From NCBI GenBank assembly GCA_963845185.1, contig CAWJRG010000001.1, positions 32,001-96,000 on the forward strand: a stretch of 64,000 nt of DNA, given 5' to 3'. The stretch is from an uncultured bacterium (GTDB lineage: Bacteria > Oederibacteriota > PGYV01 > CAWJRG01). Shown here piece by piece: positions 40,327 to 51,973 of this stretch. The translations under genes were made by a program, and so were the position numbers. Position 1 is the first letter of the stretch. Each line of letters opens with the position of its first letter. Below the pieces are notes generated by a model. That model searched no databases and had not been told where the DNA came from. It saw nothing but the letters and a program-made list of their open reading frames with translations.

Positions 40327-43300
40327 TTACTGCTGAATAAACCTTATGCGCGCTGAGAATTTCACTATCTTTCTCTCCTTATTGCCGGTGTTATCTGTGC
40401 CTTCCACCACGCATATATATGTTCCGCTCGATACAATATTCCCTGCCACGCTTCTAAAATCCCAGTTTATATTTGCCGCAGCCAGGTCGCCGGTTAATGT
40501 CCTTACCAGTTCGCCTGCTATATTATATATCTTAAACTTAATTGTACCGCCTGCGTTCGGCTGCCATGTAAACTTCATTGGAGTTGACGTGTCCCCGTCA
40601 TACGGATTCGGTAACGCCTTCACAGTGCCGAGCACGCTTGCATTGCCTTCGTTCAATATCGTTACTGTCTTGCTCGCCTTGACGCTGTAACCCTGGTTTG
40701 TTTTCACGCCTACCTGTATTTCATATGTCCCGCTCTGCACATAATCGCCCTGCGGATTTTTTCCGTCCCATGTCACGCTCGCGTTTACCGTGTAATTTAT
40801 GATTATCGGGGGAGTGCCATTGCCTACGGCCAGCACATCCTTTACTCCCAGGGATATCGGTTCGCCGCTCGGGTTCGGCTCCAGTATAGTCTGCACAAGC
40901 TCGCCCGCGCTGTTGAAAATATTTACCTGCACATACTGGTTTTCGCCGATTATTGTTATCGGCTTTGATATCAGGTTAGTATGCCCGTATGGGTCTGTTA
41001 TGGTTGTCTTTATGTAATAAATCCCGTCTAATATCTGCTGGCCAGCGCTGTTTGTACCGTCCCAGGTAAATGACGAGCCGGTAGTTTTCTGCTGGTCCGG
41101 TGTCTCCACATTGGGCACCATTACAGTCAGCGGCGTGCCTGACCCAGGAGACATTACAGATGTCTGGTTGCCGTTCAGCAGCAAAAGCACCTGCTGGGGT
41201 TCCGCTGACGACGGCGTACTGACTATTACTTTTACCAGTTCCCCTGCCTCGTTATACACGCTTATGTTCATTATATATGGGAAAGCCACCGGAGTAATCG
41301 TAATGGTAGCCGTCTGTGTGCACGTGTATGTAAATGTTATTGACGGCGTCATGGTAATGGAAGCGGTATATGTTATCGTCATTGTGGCCGTATTAGACGC
41401 GGTCCCGGTATAAGTCCTTGTGGCTGACGCTGTGTCTGTGGTTGTCAAAGTAAGTGTTTCCGTATATGTCGGTGTCGGCGTGTATGTGAAGGTTGATGTC
41501 CTCGTATCTGTAAACGTATATGTCGGTGTCGCTGTGTTTGTGATTGTGCGTGTAGCCGTGAATGTCATTGTCGCTGTTATTGTTGGAGTGGCAGTGAAAG
41601 TGTCTGTCGGCGTCCATGTCGGGGTATATGTCGGCGTGACAGTCCAGGTATTCGTCTCGGTCGCAGTCGGCGTAGCAGTATATGTGCTTGTCGCAGTCGG
41701 CGTAAATGTGAGGGTACTTGTCTCGGTGAATGTCGCTGTTGCGGTCTTTGTGTCTGAAGCCGTAGGCGTTGCCGTAAATGTATCTGTCTCAGTCGCTGTC
41801 GGCGTGGCCGTGTATGTGAATGTTGGCGTCAGTGTGTCTGTAAACGTGCTGGTAGCGGTAAATGTGGAAGTATCCGTGCGCGTATTTGTCTGCGTCGCCG
41901 TTACAGTCCCGGTATTGGACGGCGTGGCTGTGTTTGTCACTGTCGGCGTATTTGTAAATGTGCTTGTAGCGGTAAATGTTGATGTATCAGTACGCGTATA
42001 CGTCAATGTTAGCGTATCTGTCTGTGTCGCTGTTATAGTCCCCGTATCTGACGGCGTGATTGTGTTTGTCGCTGTAGGTGAATCTGTAAATGTGCTTGTC
42101 GATGTAAATGTTGCTGTATCTGTCTTCGTGTCTGTCTGCGTGGCGCTTTGAGTCGGCGTAAAAGTGAATGTCGCTATAAAAGGCGTTCCTGTCAGTGTCA
42201 ATGTGGATGACTGTGTATATGTGGACGTGGATGTACTGGTAAGCGTATATGTCCTTGTTGCCGTATATGTCGGCGTATCTGTTGCTGTATTTGTTGCAGT
42301 AAATGTCGGTGAAGCTGTATAAGTCGGCGTATCTGTTGCAGACAGTATCACAGGCGTGTATGTCATTGTTATTGTGTATGTGGACGTCACGGTGTTTGTG
42401 GATGTAAGCGTATACGTTACGGTATATGTATACGTGAGCGTCTCGGTCCTTGTTGCCGTGAATGTCGGCGTATATGTCGCGGACAGTACCACAACTGTGA
42501 ATGTCATTGTTATTGTGTATGTCGGCGTCACTGTATCCGTGTAAGTAGCTGTGTTTGTTGATGTATAAGTAACTGTCAGCGTGCTTGTCGCTGTTATTGT
42601 TTTTGTTACCGTGTATGTCGGGGTGAAAGTCGCTGATAATATTACCACTGTATATGTCATCGTTATCGTGTAGGTTGGAGTTATTGTATTAGTATATGTC
42701 GCTGTATTCGTGCTTGTGTATGTAACTGTCTGAGTGTACGTGGATGTCGGCGATGATGTGTCTGTGCGTGTCGGCGTTGCCGTATATGTCGGTGTAAATG
42801 TCGCCGATAAAATAACCTGCGTAAAAGTCATTGTTATTGTATATGTCGGCGTTGTTGTGGTAGTAACCGTACGGGTTACAGTGGCTGTGTCAGTGAATGT
42901 AAAAGTATATGTAACCGTCTGCGTGTATGTAGGCGTCGGTGACTGCGTGACCGTGTACGTTGGCGTTGCTGTGGGTGTTGATGTCTTTGTGCTGGTTAAC
43001 GTCATTGTATATGTCGGCGTCGTTGTCAGTGTTATTGTATATGTCGGGGTAAATGTTGCCGATAAAATAACCTGAGTGAAAGTCATTGTTATTGTATATG
43101 TCGGCGTTGTTGTCATAGTAACCGTGCGTGTTACTGTGGCTGTGTCAGTGAATGTAAAAGTATATGTAACCGTCTGCGTGTATGTAGGTGTCGGTGACTG
43201 CGTGACCGTGTATGTTGGCGTTGCTGTGGGTGTTGATGTCTTTGTATCGGTCAACGTCACTGTGTATGTCGGTGTATTTGTCGTAGTTATAGTATATGTG

Positions 43301-45498
43301 GGCGTAAACGTGGCTGATAATATTACTACGGTAAAAGTCATTGTTATTGTATAAGTCGGAGTTATGGTTGCAGTAACCGTGCGTGTAACTGTAGCCGTGT
43401 CCGTGTATGTAAATGTATATGTCACTGTCTGTGTGTATGTAGGTGTCGGTGAAGCCGTGTTTGTGTATGTCGGCGTGTTTGTCCTGGTGGCTGTATATGT
43501 GAACGTTGAGGTTACAGTGTTCGTAAAAGTCACACTGGTAGTTATTGTCACTGTCGGCGTATATGTCCTTGTATCTGTGGCCGTGGCAGTGTATGTGAAG
43601 GTATATGTCACTGTCTGTGTGTAGGTAGGTGTCGGTGACTGCGTATTTGTGTATGTGGGCGTGTTTGTCCTGGTGGCAGTGTATGTCGGCGTTGTCGGTA
43701 TCGTGCTTGTAAAAGTTACGCTTGGTGTTATCGTCACCGAAGGCGTGTATGTCTTTGTGAACGTAACTGTATCGGTAAATGTATACGTATATGTCACTGT
43801 CTGCGTGTATGTATAGGTATTTGTTACTGTAACAGTATAAGTTGGCGTATTTGTCCTGGTGTCAGTGGATGTAGGTGTTGATGGTTTCGGGGTAAATGTC
43901 GGACTCGGTGTAAAGGTAAAAGTATATGTAGGTGTCGGGGTAAGCGTTGGGGTAAAAGTGTATGTGTTTGTTGGGGTAAAACTCGGAGTTGGTGTATAAG
44001 TAGGAGTATTTGTTTTCGTCGGGGTATTTGTCAAAGTATTTGTAAATGTGTTTGTCGGGGTCAACGTAAAGGTATTAGTGAATGTGTTCGTCGGGGTAAA
44101 AGTAGGAGTATTTGTTTTTGTCGGGGTACTTGTCAAAGTATTAGTGAATGTGTTAGTTGGGCTCAGAGTAAAGGTATTGGTGAATGTGTGCGTTGGGGTC
44201 AGAGTTGGAGTATTAGTAAATGTATTCGTCGGAGTGAAACTCGGTGTTGGGGTAAAGGTATTGGTATACGTGTTCGTCGGAGTATTCGTTTTAGTCGCGG
44301 TATTTGTAAAAGTATTTGTGAATGTTTTCGTCGGGCTCGGCGTCGGCGAAGGAGTATATGTATAAGTGTTGGTAAATGTGAACGTCGGTGTAAATGTATT
44401 GGTAGGGCATACATGACTGACGTTTACCGTATTCGAATTATTGGAACCGCCTGTATATGAAATGCTGGCCATATTAGGCCATGTCATGCACCAGTATTGG
44501 GACCCAAGGTAATAATTCTCGACTGTATATGTAAAATCATTGCAGGTATTACTGGCATAACCATCTGGCCATGTAAGGGCAAAATTATAAGAGCCGTTTG
44601 ATTCGTTTGGCCCCATGCTTCCATTGGATGCGCCGTATGGCCCCGAAAACTGGTCATCGGTCGAGCTGTAGCTACTCCAGTCATCCGTCAATATAACCTG
44701 GTTAGCAGTATATCCTCCTGTGTTGCATATATGCAGGACAAAAGTTACTATATCTGCCGCGTTTATTACCCCCATGTATGCGCTGCCAATCGCTGTTTTT
44801 GTTATTGTAAATTTCGGCGGCCCTGGTGTATTCACAGGATTCAAATTAAACCCCTGGCTGAAAAACATGAACTGGCATGCATCGCTCGATGCGCCGGTCG
44901 AGCTGAAAGATATTGGCATAATTCTCTGGCCCGTGGCAGGGTTCCATATATATTTACCCCACATGGAACCCGTGTCTGATATGGCACTGCCCCATGAACT
45001 TGCGCCTGTATAATTCGGGCTCCACCATGTATAACCATTTGAGTCGTTGGGAGGTACAGTAGCAGGTGAATTTGTTGATCCGCAATTGCCTGTAGTATTA
45101 TACAGCTTTGCCGTTGTGTCGCTGGCTGTATAAGCATGCTGGCCGTTGCTGCAGGTCGCGTCTACCAGCCATGTGCCCCATGTTTCGTTTGGAGCTGTGT
45201 TTTGAACCTGTACGGATATAACATTGCCTGATTCCTTTAAGAAAGAAGGGCTGAAGCTTATGCAATTGACCGAGCTTCCCGAGTCCCAGTTCACATAATC
45301 AATCACGCCTATATAATTGCCGTTTATCCATACAGTCGCTATATCATCGCTTTCTGAGCAAATCTGGGCTGCAGTGGCATTACATGCGGCATTTGCGATT
45401 GAAGGAAATAAAAAAATTGACAGGATGATAAAAAATGAAAAAAAGAATATAATACGGGAAAGGGTTGATTTAAGTAATTTCCCATCCCTGTTTTGCAT
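40327..45498 (-). CDS. Giant Thr-rich secreted protein (1723 aa) with triple FlgD-like C-terminus
   Basis: Signal peptide; head homologous to that of the 31509 gene; T-x stalk; CTD ALPNPY...GTYI...KIVK. Confidence 0.9.
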   Translation of the reverse strand: MQNRDGKLLKSTLSRIIFFFSFFIILSIFLFPSIANAACNATAAQICSESDDIATVWINGNYIGVIDYVNWDSGSSVNCISFSPSFLKESGNVISVQVQNTAPNETWGTWLVDATCSNGQHAYTASDTTAKLYNTTGNCGSTNSPATVPPNDSNGYTWWSPNYTGASSWGSAISDTGSMWGKYIWNPATGQRIMPISFSSTGASSDACQFMFFSQGFNLNPVNTPGPPKFTITKTAIGSAYMGVINAADIVTFVLHICNTGGYTANQVILTDDWSSYSSTDDQFSGPYGASNGSMGPNESNGSYNFALTWPDGYASNTCNDFTYTVENYYLGSQYWCMTWPNMASISYTGGSNNSNTVNVSHVCPTNTFTPTFTFTNTYTYTPSPTPSPTKTFTNTFTNTATKTNTPTNTYTNTFTPTPSFTPTNTFTNTPTLTPTHTFTNTFTLSPTNTFTNTLTSTPTKTNTPTFTPTNTFTNTFTLTPTNTFTNTLTNTPTKTNTPTYTPTPSFTPTNTYTFTPTLTPTPTYTFTFTPSPTFTPKPSTPTSTDTRTNTPTYTVTVTNTYTYTQTVTYTYTFTDTVTFTKTYTPSVTITPSVTFTSTIPTTPTYTATRTNTPTYTNTQSPTPTYTQTVTYTFTYTATATDTRTYTPTVTITTSVTFTNTVTSTFTYTATRTNTPTYTNTASPTPTYTQTVTYTFTYTDTATVTRTVTATITPTYTITMTFTVVILSATFTPTYTITTTNTPTYTVTLTDTKTSTPTATPTYTVTQSPTPTYTQTVTYTFTFTDTATVTRTVTMTTTPTYTITMTFTQVILSATFTPTYTITLTTTPTYTMTLTSTKTSTPTATPTYTVTQSPTPTYTQTVTYTFTFTDTATVTRTVTTTTTPTYTITMTFTQVILSATFTPTYTATPTRTDTSSPTSTYTQTVTYTSTNTATYTNTITPTYTITMTYTVVILSATFTPTYTVTKTITATSTLTVTYTSTNTATYTDTVTPTYTITMTFTVVVLSATYTPTFTATRTETLTYTYTVTYTLTSTNTVTSTYTITMTYTPVILSATDTPTYTASPTFTATNTATDTPTYTATRTYTLTSTSTSTYTQSSTLTLTGTPFIATFTFTPTQSATQTDTKTDTATFTSTSTFTDSPTATNTITPSDTGTITATQTDTLTLTYTRTDTSTFTATSTFTNTPTVTNTATPSNTGTVTATQTNTRTDTSTFTATSTFTDTLTPTFTYTATPTATETDTFTATPTASDTKTATATFTETSTLTFTPTATSTYTATPTATETNTWTVTPTYTPTWTPTDTFTATPTITATMTFTATRTITNTATPTYTFTDTRTSTFTYTPTPTYTETLTLTTTDTASATRTYTGTASNTATMTITYTASITMTPSITFTYTCTQTATITITPVAFPYIMNISVYNEAGELVKVIVSTPSSAEPQQVLLLLNGNQTSVMSPGSGTPLTVMVPNVETPDQQKTTGSSFTWDGTNSAGQQILDGIYYIKTTITDPYGHTNLISKPITIIGENQYVQVNIFNSAGELVQTILEPNPSGEPISLGVKDVLAVGNGTPPIIINYTVNASVTWDGKNPQGDYVQSGTYEIQVGVKTNQGYSVKASKTVTILNEGNASVLGTVKALPNPYDGDTSTPMKFTWQPNAGGTIKFKIYNIAGELVRTLTGDLAAANINWDFRSVAGNIVSSGTYICVVEGTDNTGNKERKIVKFSARIRFIQQ

Positions 45499-45606
45499 TA
45501 AATTTCACCGCCGTTAAATTTGTTAACTACCCGCCTTAATTTCGTTTCTTCTTTCAACGCACTCTGCATTATTATCATCTATTATATATGGTATTTCTTA
45601 ATTATA

Positions 45607-45635
45607 TTAGACAACTAAAGACTCATTTAGTTTCG
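45607..45635 (-). promoter_or_regulatory. ECF-sigma-type promoter CGAAAC-N17-GTCTAA
   Basis: Matches 37471-37499. Confidence 0.7.
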
Positions 45636-46083
45636 CACTATTTTCATTTAATTTTGTTTGATTTTATTAATAATATTATAATTTATATTTGAATAATTAT
45701 CAAGTTTTTATATGGTGAAACTATATTTTGATTATACTAGAGCCCCACGGGCAAACAGACTGTGTCATAATGTTTTTGTAGTCTGAAACGATATTTGACA
45801 GATAAAAAATGGTATAATGTCTCCAGAAAACACATCAGAAAAGGAGACAAAAATGGCATACCGATATGGAGACCGAAGTCAGTTGACAATGTTTCCGCAG
45901 AGCATAGAAGAATATGTAGGGGAAGATGATCCTGTAAGGGCGTACGACGCGTTCGTAAAGGCGTTGAAAATGGAAGAACTTGGGATAGTAATAGATGAAA
46001 CGCAAATGGGAAATTCGGAATACGACCCTGAGGCTATGATAAAATTGCTGGCGGAGTTTTTCAGCTTAATTGACCTCAAACCG

Positions 46084-47085
46084 TCACCCAATCACTACTT
46101 GAAGCTTGGAAGCCCTGAAAGCCTCCAACCTTATAATGTTTGCAGTGATCAGGTTGTTCTTTCTCTGGCTTAAAATCACCTCCATTTTTCCCGCGAACGC
46201 CTCAGCCGGTGTAACATAATGTAGCGAGCTATGAGGATCGTTGTTATGCAGTGGTTTAAATTTTTCTAACCAGTCCAGTACATCTGAAACCGTTGGAAAG
46301 ACAGCCGGCACATCCCTGTGATACTTCGAGTTTTTATTCAGGGCCTCAATCCATGGTTCGTCATCCGGCGTGTTTGGGCGTCCGTAGCGTACAGGAATTT
46401 TTAGCACATCTTCCAGGAAGGCAACAGTCTTTTTGGCTTTCATAGCAGATCCGCGGTCTGAAAAAGCCACTATGTTGTCAGGAAAGTCATCCGGCAGTTC
46501 AAGTATGGCTTGAGCAACGGCATCCCGTAAATCCGCTGAACTGACGCCGCGTAAACTGTGTCCGATATGCAGCAGATACCTGTAAGGCAGAAGCAGAACC
46601 GGTATGGACCAAACAGTTACGCCGGACTCGGTTTTGAAGCATGAACCGTCATAGGTCAAAAGGGAAAATCCAGCATCCAAAAGATCGTGAGCCGAAACAT
46701 GATTAGATTTCCGTTTTTTGGGTTCGAATGGTTTTACGAGATCTTCGGCTTTTAGATACCTGTATACAGTCGATAGAGAAGCATGAAAAGCGCCTGAATT
46801 ATGGCCATATACGTAAATATGGCTCAATGGCTTGCCTATATTTTCAGGTCTAAAGGCAGAGTCAATAATCGATGTCTTTTCAAACGGCAACAGTTTGTTA
46901 CATGCCGTTCTTGGCGTTCTCTTTTTTAGTTTAGCCCAGCGTCTGAATTTTCTGGCGTCTATGTCAAAGATCAAACAAGCTCTTTTCTGCGTGAAACCGG
47001 ATAGTACGGCTTCGTTTATAGTGATAACAACTATCTGCCTAACTTGGGCCGGATAGTGCCCCTTCAAAGGACCCTTGAGACTCAA
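46084..47085 (-). CDS. DDE integrase-core transposase OrfB
   Basis: TYDGS...SDRGSAM...GRPNTPDDEPWIEALNK...PHSSLHYVTP. Confidence 0.85.
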   Translation of the reverse strand: MSLKGPLKGHYPAQVRQIVVITINEAVLSGFTQKRACLIFDIDARKFRRWAKLKKRTPRTACNKLLPFEKTSIIDSAFRPENIGKPLSHIYVYGHNSGAFHASLSTVYRYLKAEDLVKPFEPKKRKSNHVSAHDLLDAGFSLLTYDGSCFKTESGVTVWSIPVLLLPYRYLLHIGHSLRGVSSADLRDAVAQAILELPDDFPDNIVAFSDRGSAMKAKKTVAFLEDVLKIPVRYGRPNTPDDEPWIEALNKNSKYHRDVPAVFPTVSDVLDWLEKFKPLHNNDPHSSLHYVTPAEAFAGKMEVILSQRKNNLITANIIRLEAFRASKLQVVIG

Positions 47086-47414
47086 CTCATCTTTTTTTTT
47101 AACAACGCAAGCTCATGCCCGACAGCAGCCAGCGCGTCCTTTGTTTGAGAAAGTTCCTTATCCACTTGAGCAAGGCTTTCTACGGGAACCATGGACTTCT
47201 TTCTGCCGGATTTTGCCGGATTCGATAGTTCTGACAGGGCAGCTTGCTTGATTCTCTTACGCAAGGCAATAAGATGCCACGGTTTAAGCCCGCACCGTTC
47301 CAGGATGGCTTTTACTGGCGCGTTGGGTAAGGAACATTCCTGATAAATATCAAAAAGTTGTTCTGGGGTTAACTTTGGTTTCTTCAATCCGTTATTCTGT
47401 TGGTTGTCAGTCAT
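47082..47414 (-). CDS. Transposase OrfA (HTH-like + coiled coil)
   Basis: GAGGAG RBS; ends at an A9G slippery site overlapping OrfB. Confidence 0.8.
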   Translation of the reverse strand: MTDNQQNNGLKKPKLTPEQLFDIYQECSLPNAPVKAILERCGLKPWHLIALRKRIKQAALSELSNPAKSGRKKSMVPVESLAQVDKELSQTKDALAAVGHELALLKKKMS

Positions 47415-49819
47415 TTGTCACTCTCCTCGATGAAAGTATACATAAAAATTTGCTTTATGCAAACCCTTACGTTTGGTACAATTAATTAACTGATACAAGT
47501 AGTCAATTCTTTTTGAGTTTGAGGACACTATCGCTGAAAAACGCGGCTGGTATACGGATATTCATACGGGACACGAAGTTCGAGAAAACTGGAAAGAGCG
47601 ACGCATCATAATGTGTCTTTTATGTGGCTGCTGGGAGGATTGAAGCCGGATCATAAAACAATAGCAAGGTTTCGAAAAGACAACCGGGAAATGTTGAAAA
47701 ACGTGATGAAACAAAGCGCAAAGATGTGTATGAAACTGGGATTGATAGAAGGAAACACGCTATTTGTAGACGGGAGCAAGATAAGGGCGAACGCGTCGAT
47801 AAATAACACATGGACAATGGAGCGGTGTGAAAAAAGGATAAAGAAGATAGAAGAAAACATAGAAGCGATAATAAAGGAGAGCGAAAAGATAGACGAGGAA
47901 GAAAGCGGCGCTGAATCACTGGTAAAGATGAAGGAAAAATTAAGAGGCAAAGAGAAATTAAAAGCAAAGATAAAAGAGGTAATGGAAGAAATAAGGAACG
48001 AGGGGAAAAAGTCGATAAATACGACAGACAAGGAATGCGTGAAAGTAAAAGGGCGTCAGGGAACGCATGCGGGATATAACGGGCAGATAGTGGTAGATGA
48101 AAGACACGGACTGATAGTGCATAGCGACGTAGTAAACGAAAGCAATGACCGCAAGCAATTCGGGAGTCAGATTGAAGAAGCGGCGAAAACAGTTGAAAAC
48201 AAATGCAAAAATGCGTGTGGGGATGCCGGATATGCCAGCATAGAAGAAATGAAAAAGATACACGACAAAGACATAAATGTAATAGTACCTTCTCAGGAAC
48301 AGGTAGAGAAAAAAGACATCGGGCCGTTTGGGAAAGATAAATTCCAATACGATTCAGAGAAAGATACCTACACTTGTCCCGAAGGACAGATATTGACATG
48401 GCATAGTTTTGATAAAAAAAAGAATCTTGAAGTATATAGGTCTACTGAAGAAAAGGCTTGTATAGAATGTAAAAACTTTGGAGTATGCACCCGGTCTCCG
48501 AAGGGCAGAATGATAAAGAGGCTAAAAAACGAAGAACTAAAAATATTGCTTGAAGAAAAATATAAAACAAAAGAATCGCAGGATATTTTCAAGTTGAGAA
48601 AAGAGAAAGCAGAGTTGCCGTTCGGACATATTAAAAGAAATCTTGGAGTAAGCGGGTTTCTGCTGCGAGGGCTTGAAGGAGCAAGAGCTGAGATGGCGTT
48701 GTTCACAAGTTGTTTCAATATGGCTCGAATGATAAGCATTGTAGGTGTCAGGGAGTTGATTGCGCAGCTTGGATAGCAAGAAACATCGGGCCACGCAGGT
48801 TTTTTGTATAAAACAGGATATTTTGTAGATTTTTTAATTTACCTACGGCAATCAGCTGTGGACGGAGACTTATGACACAGTCTGTTTGCCCGTGGTACCA
48901 GTTAACAACACACGGCTCGACATCGTCTCGCCGTGAAGTACTAACTAAATACACTGTTGCTCTCAAATACATATAATATGCGACGTCCGCCGAAGCAGAA
49001 CGCATTCAACCACGTGCATAGCACGTAGTGTTCTGCGCAGGTGGATAAACCCGAAAATTCCGGCAATGCTAAATTATATAATTTACTCTTTGAAAACACA
49101 GGTTATTTCCTTTTTATGCCTTGAAAATTTATTTATATTTATGTAAACTTTTATCAAGGTAGTTTACGTCTAAATTTACAGTATTAATAAGCAAAAATCT
49201 TTTTTGTGTATGAAAAAATATAAATTCAACACGGAGGTTGAAAATGAAAAGAATTGTTTTAATTTGTCTTTTTATGGCTTTTGCGTCTGCTTCCCTGCTT
49301 TATGCTGGCGGTTACTACACCACGCTCGTTGGCGGCTACACCACGGCTTCAATGTCGCAGGTTAATTCGGATATTATCGGCAATGGATCCGGCCCTGGTG
49401 TCACGAACATACAGCTTGGCAGCGGTATGTATTTTGGTGTTGACGGAATGTTGATGTCTCAGGAAGGGCTCGGCTTGCACTTGAGAGCAGAATATGTTTA
49501 CATCTCCCCGGGCGAAATAAAATATGCAAATGGCACTCCTGACGGTAATTATCAATACGCTGATGCGCAGGTTTCGCCTTATATGATACCTCTCCTGCTT
49601 GGGCTTTCATACACATTTCACAGCAAGGGTGACAGGTTTTCGTTAACAGCAGGCATTTACGGCGGTATCACCGACGCTTATCTTGATTATTATCAGCACA
49701 CCATTGACTCATCAGGAAACGACTCCATGTACGATCTGCTCTTTGAGAGCTGGGGTTTCTGCGCCGAAGGCGCAGTTAGTTTAAATTACTGGTTTACTCA
49801 ACATTTTTCCTTCGGCCTT

Positions 49820-51449
49820 CAGACTGTGTCATAAGTCTCCGTCCACAGCTGATTGCCGTAGGTAAATTAAAAAATCTACAAAATATCCTGTTTTATACAA
49901 AAAACCTGCGTGGCCCGATGTTTCTTGCTATCCAAGCTGCGCAATCAACTCCCTGACACCTACAATGCTTATCATTCGAGCCATATTGAAACAACTTGTG
50001 AACAACGCCATCTCAGCTCTTGCTCCTTCAAGCCCTCGCAGCAGAAACCCGCTTACTCCAAGATTTCTTTTAATATGTCCGAACGGCAACTCTGCTTTCT
50101 CTTTTCTCAACTTGAAAATATCCTGCGATTCTTTTGTTTTATATTTTTCTTCAAGCAATATTTTTAGTTCTTCGTTTTTTAGCCTCTTTATCATTCTGCC
50201 CTTCGGAGACCGGGTGCATACTCCAAAGTTTTTACATTCTATACAAGCCTTTTCTTCAGTAGACCTATATACTTCAAGATTCTTTTTTTTATCAAAACTA
50301 TGCCATGTCAATATCTGTCCTTCGGGACAAGTGTAGGTATCTTTCTCTGAATCGTATTGGAATTTATTTTTCCCAAACGGCCCGATGTCTTTTTTCTCTA
50401 CCTGTTCCTGAGAAGGTACTATTACATTTATGTCTTTGTCGTGTATCTTTTTCATTTCTTCTATGCTGGCATATCCGGCATCCCCACACGCATTTTTGCA
50501 TTTGTTTTCAACTGTTTTCGCCGCTTCTTCAATCTGACTCCCGAATTGCTTGCGGTCATTGCTTTCGTTTACTACGTCGCTATGCACTATCAGTCCGTGT
50601 CTTTCATCTACCACTATCTGCCCGTTATATCCCGCATGCGTTCCCTGACGCCCTTTTACTTTCACGCATTCCTTGTCTGTCGTATTTATCGACTTTTTCC
50701 CCTCGTTCCTTATTTCTTCCATTACCTCTTTTATCTTTGCTTTTAATTTCTCTTTGCCTCTTAATTTTTCCTTCATCTTTACCAGTGATTCAGCGCCGCT
50801 TTCTTCCTCGTCTATCTTTTCGCTCTCCTTTATTATCGCTTCTATGTTTTCTTCTATCTTCTTTATCCTTTTTTCACACCGCTCCATTGTCCATGTGTTA
50901 TTTATCGACGCGTTCGCCCTTATCTTGCTCCCGTCTACAAATAGCGTGTTTCCTTCTATCAATCCCAGTTTCATACACATCTTTGCGCTTTGTTTCATCA
51001 CGTTTTTCAACATTTCCCGGTTGTCTTTTCGAAACCTTGCTATTGTTTTATGATCCGGCTTCAATCCTCCCAGCAGCCACATAAAAGACACATTATGATG
51101 CGTCGCTCTTTCCAGTTTTCTCGAACTTCGTGTCCCGTATGAATATCCGTATACCAGCAATTTTATCATAGCCTCAGGGTCGTATTCCGAATTTCCCATT
51201 TGCGTTTCATCTATTACTATCCCAAGTTCTTCCATTTTCAACGCCTTTACGAACGCGTCGTACGCCCTTACAGGATCATCTTCCCCTACATATTCTTCTA
51301 TGCTCTGCGGAAACATTGTCAACTGACTTCGGTCTCCATATCGGTATGCCATTTTTGTCTCCTTTTCTGATGTGTTTTCTGGAGACATTATACCATTTTT
51401 TATCTGTCAAATATCGTTTCAGACTACAAAAACATTATGACACAGTCTG
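49820..51449 (-). mobile_element. IS1182-family element, copy 2 (intact, 1630 bp)
   Basis: Same 15-bp IRs; 3-bp target duplication CTT. Confidence 0.95.
49928..51352 (-). CDS. IS1182-family transposase
   Basis: YDPEAMIKLLVYGY, SSRKLE, PDHKTIARFR, VDGSKIRANAS, GDAGY and ELPFGHIKR. Confidence 0.93.
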   Translation of the reverse strand: MAYRYGDRSQLTMFPQSIEEYVGEDDPVRAYDAFVKALKMEELGIVIDETQMGNSEYDPEAMIKLLVYGYSYGTRSSRKLERATHHNVSFMWLLGGLKPDHKTIARFRKDNREMLKNVMKQSAKMCMKLGLIEGNTLFVDGSKIRANASINNTWTMERCEKRIKKIEENIEAIIKESEKIDEEESGAESLVKMKEKLRGKEKLKAKIKEVMEEIRNEGKKSINTTDKECVKVKGRQGTHAGYNGQIVVDERHGLIVHSDVVNESNDRKQFGSQIEEAAKTVENKCKNACGDAGYASIEEMKKIHDKDINVIVPSQEQVEKKDIGPFGKNKFQYDSEKDTYTCPEGQILTWHSFDKKKNLEVYRSTEEKACIECKNFGVCTRSPKGRMIKRLKNEELKILLEEKYKTKESQDIFKLRKEKAELPFGHIKRNLGVSGFLLRGLEGARAEMALFTSCFNMARMISIVGVRELIAQLG

Positions 51450-51700
51450 CTTGATTTGGGTTACAGGTTTGCCAATATATCAAGGGTGACGTCTGTTGCC
51501 ACTGTTTACGATAGTCAAAATAATTTTGTGGTTGACCAGGGCGCCGGGACGGATAGTATTTCGATCTCCGGGGGTAATGTCCCTGTTGATTTTTCCGGCT
51601 TGACAATCGGGATTAATTTCGTTTATCACTTCCGTGGTTTGGCGGTAGAAGAATAATAAAAACGCAGGCCCGTTTCTGGCCCCTGACGGTTTGCTAAACA

Positions 51701-51737
51701 AATAAAAAAGCGAGGACTAAATCCTCGCTTTTTTATT
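51701..51737. terminator. Bidirectional intrinsic terminator
   Basis: aataaaaaagcgagga-ctaaa-tcctcgcttttttatt between convergent genes. Confidence 0.85.
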
Positions 51738-51973
51738 TTATGGCGGGCTGACAAGGACAAGACACAAAACCTTTTGGAGCAGTTAATTGAGTGGCTCAAA
51801 ACCGATGAACCTCTTATACTTTTTGATGAAATAAAATATTATAATTTGATTACTTATTAATAAATATATATTTGGATTTGACCGGATGTCGCTCTTCACC
51901 ATTATTTTGTTTTCTTTCCCGCCTGCTGAATCTGATTGTACAAATTTACAGGCTGCGGATTGTTGCCGTTGAT

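Larger units (their letters stand above)
46052..47546 (-). mobile_element. Nested IS3-like (orfA/orfB, integrase-core) insertion sequence
   Basis: ~29-bp imperfect IRs; target duplication CTGG (or GCTGG). Confidence 0.85.
45853..48776 (+). pseudogene. IS1182 transposase split by the nested IS
   Basis: N-terminus up to MIKLL; the sequence resumes at VYGYSYG after 47546. Confidence 0.9.
45756..48884 (+). mobile_element. IS1182-family element, copy 1 (interrupted by a nested IS)
   Basis: 15-bp IRs cagactgtgtcataa/ttatgacacagtctg; near-identical to copy 2. Confidence 0.92.
49244..51656 (+). pseudogene. Outer-membrane beta-barrel protein gene interrupted by IS1182 copy 2
   Basis: Removing the IS and one CTT restores ...FSFGL-DLGYRFANI...VDFSGLTIGINFVYHF; signal peptide and GGAGG RBS present. 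Confidence 0.85.

Noticed and set aside
45817..46173. 118-aa ORF as an independent gene
   Set aside because: It is the IS1182 transposase N-terminus reading into the nested IS.
49143..49173. Third ECF promoter copy
   Set aside because: The spacer is 19 bp instead of 17 and the -35 box differs.
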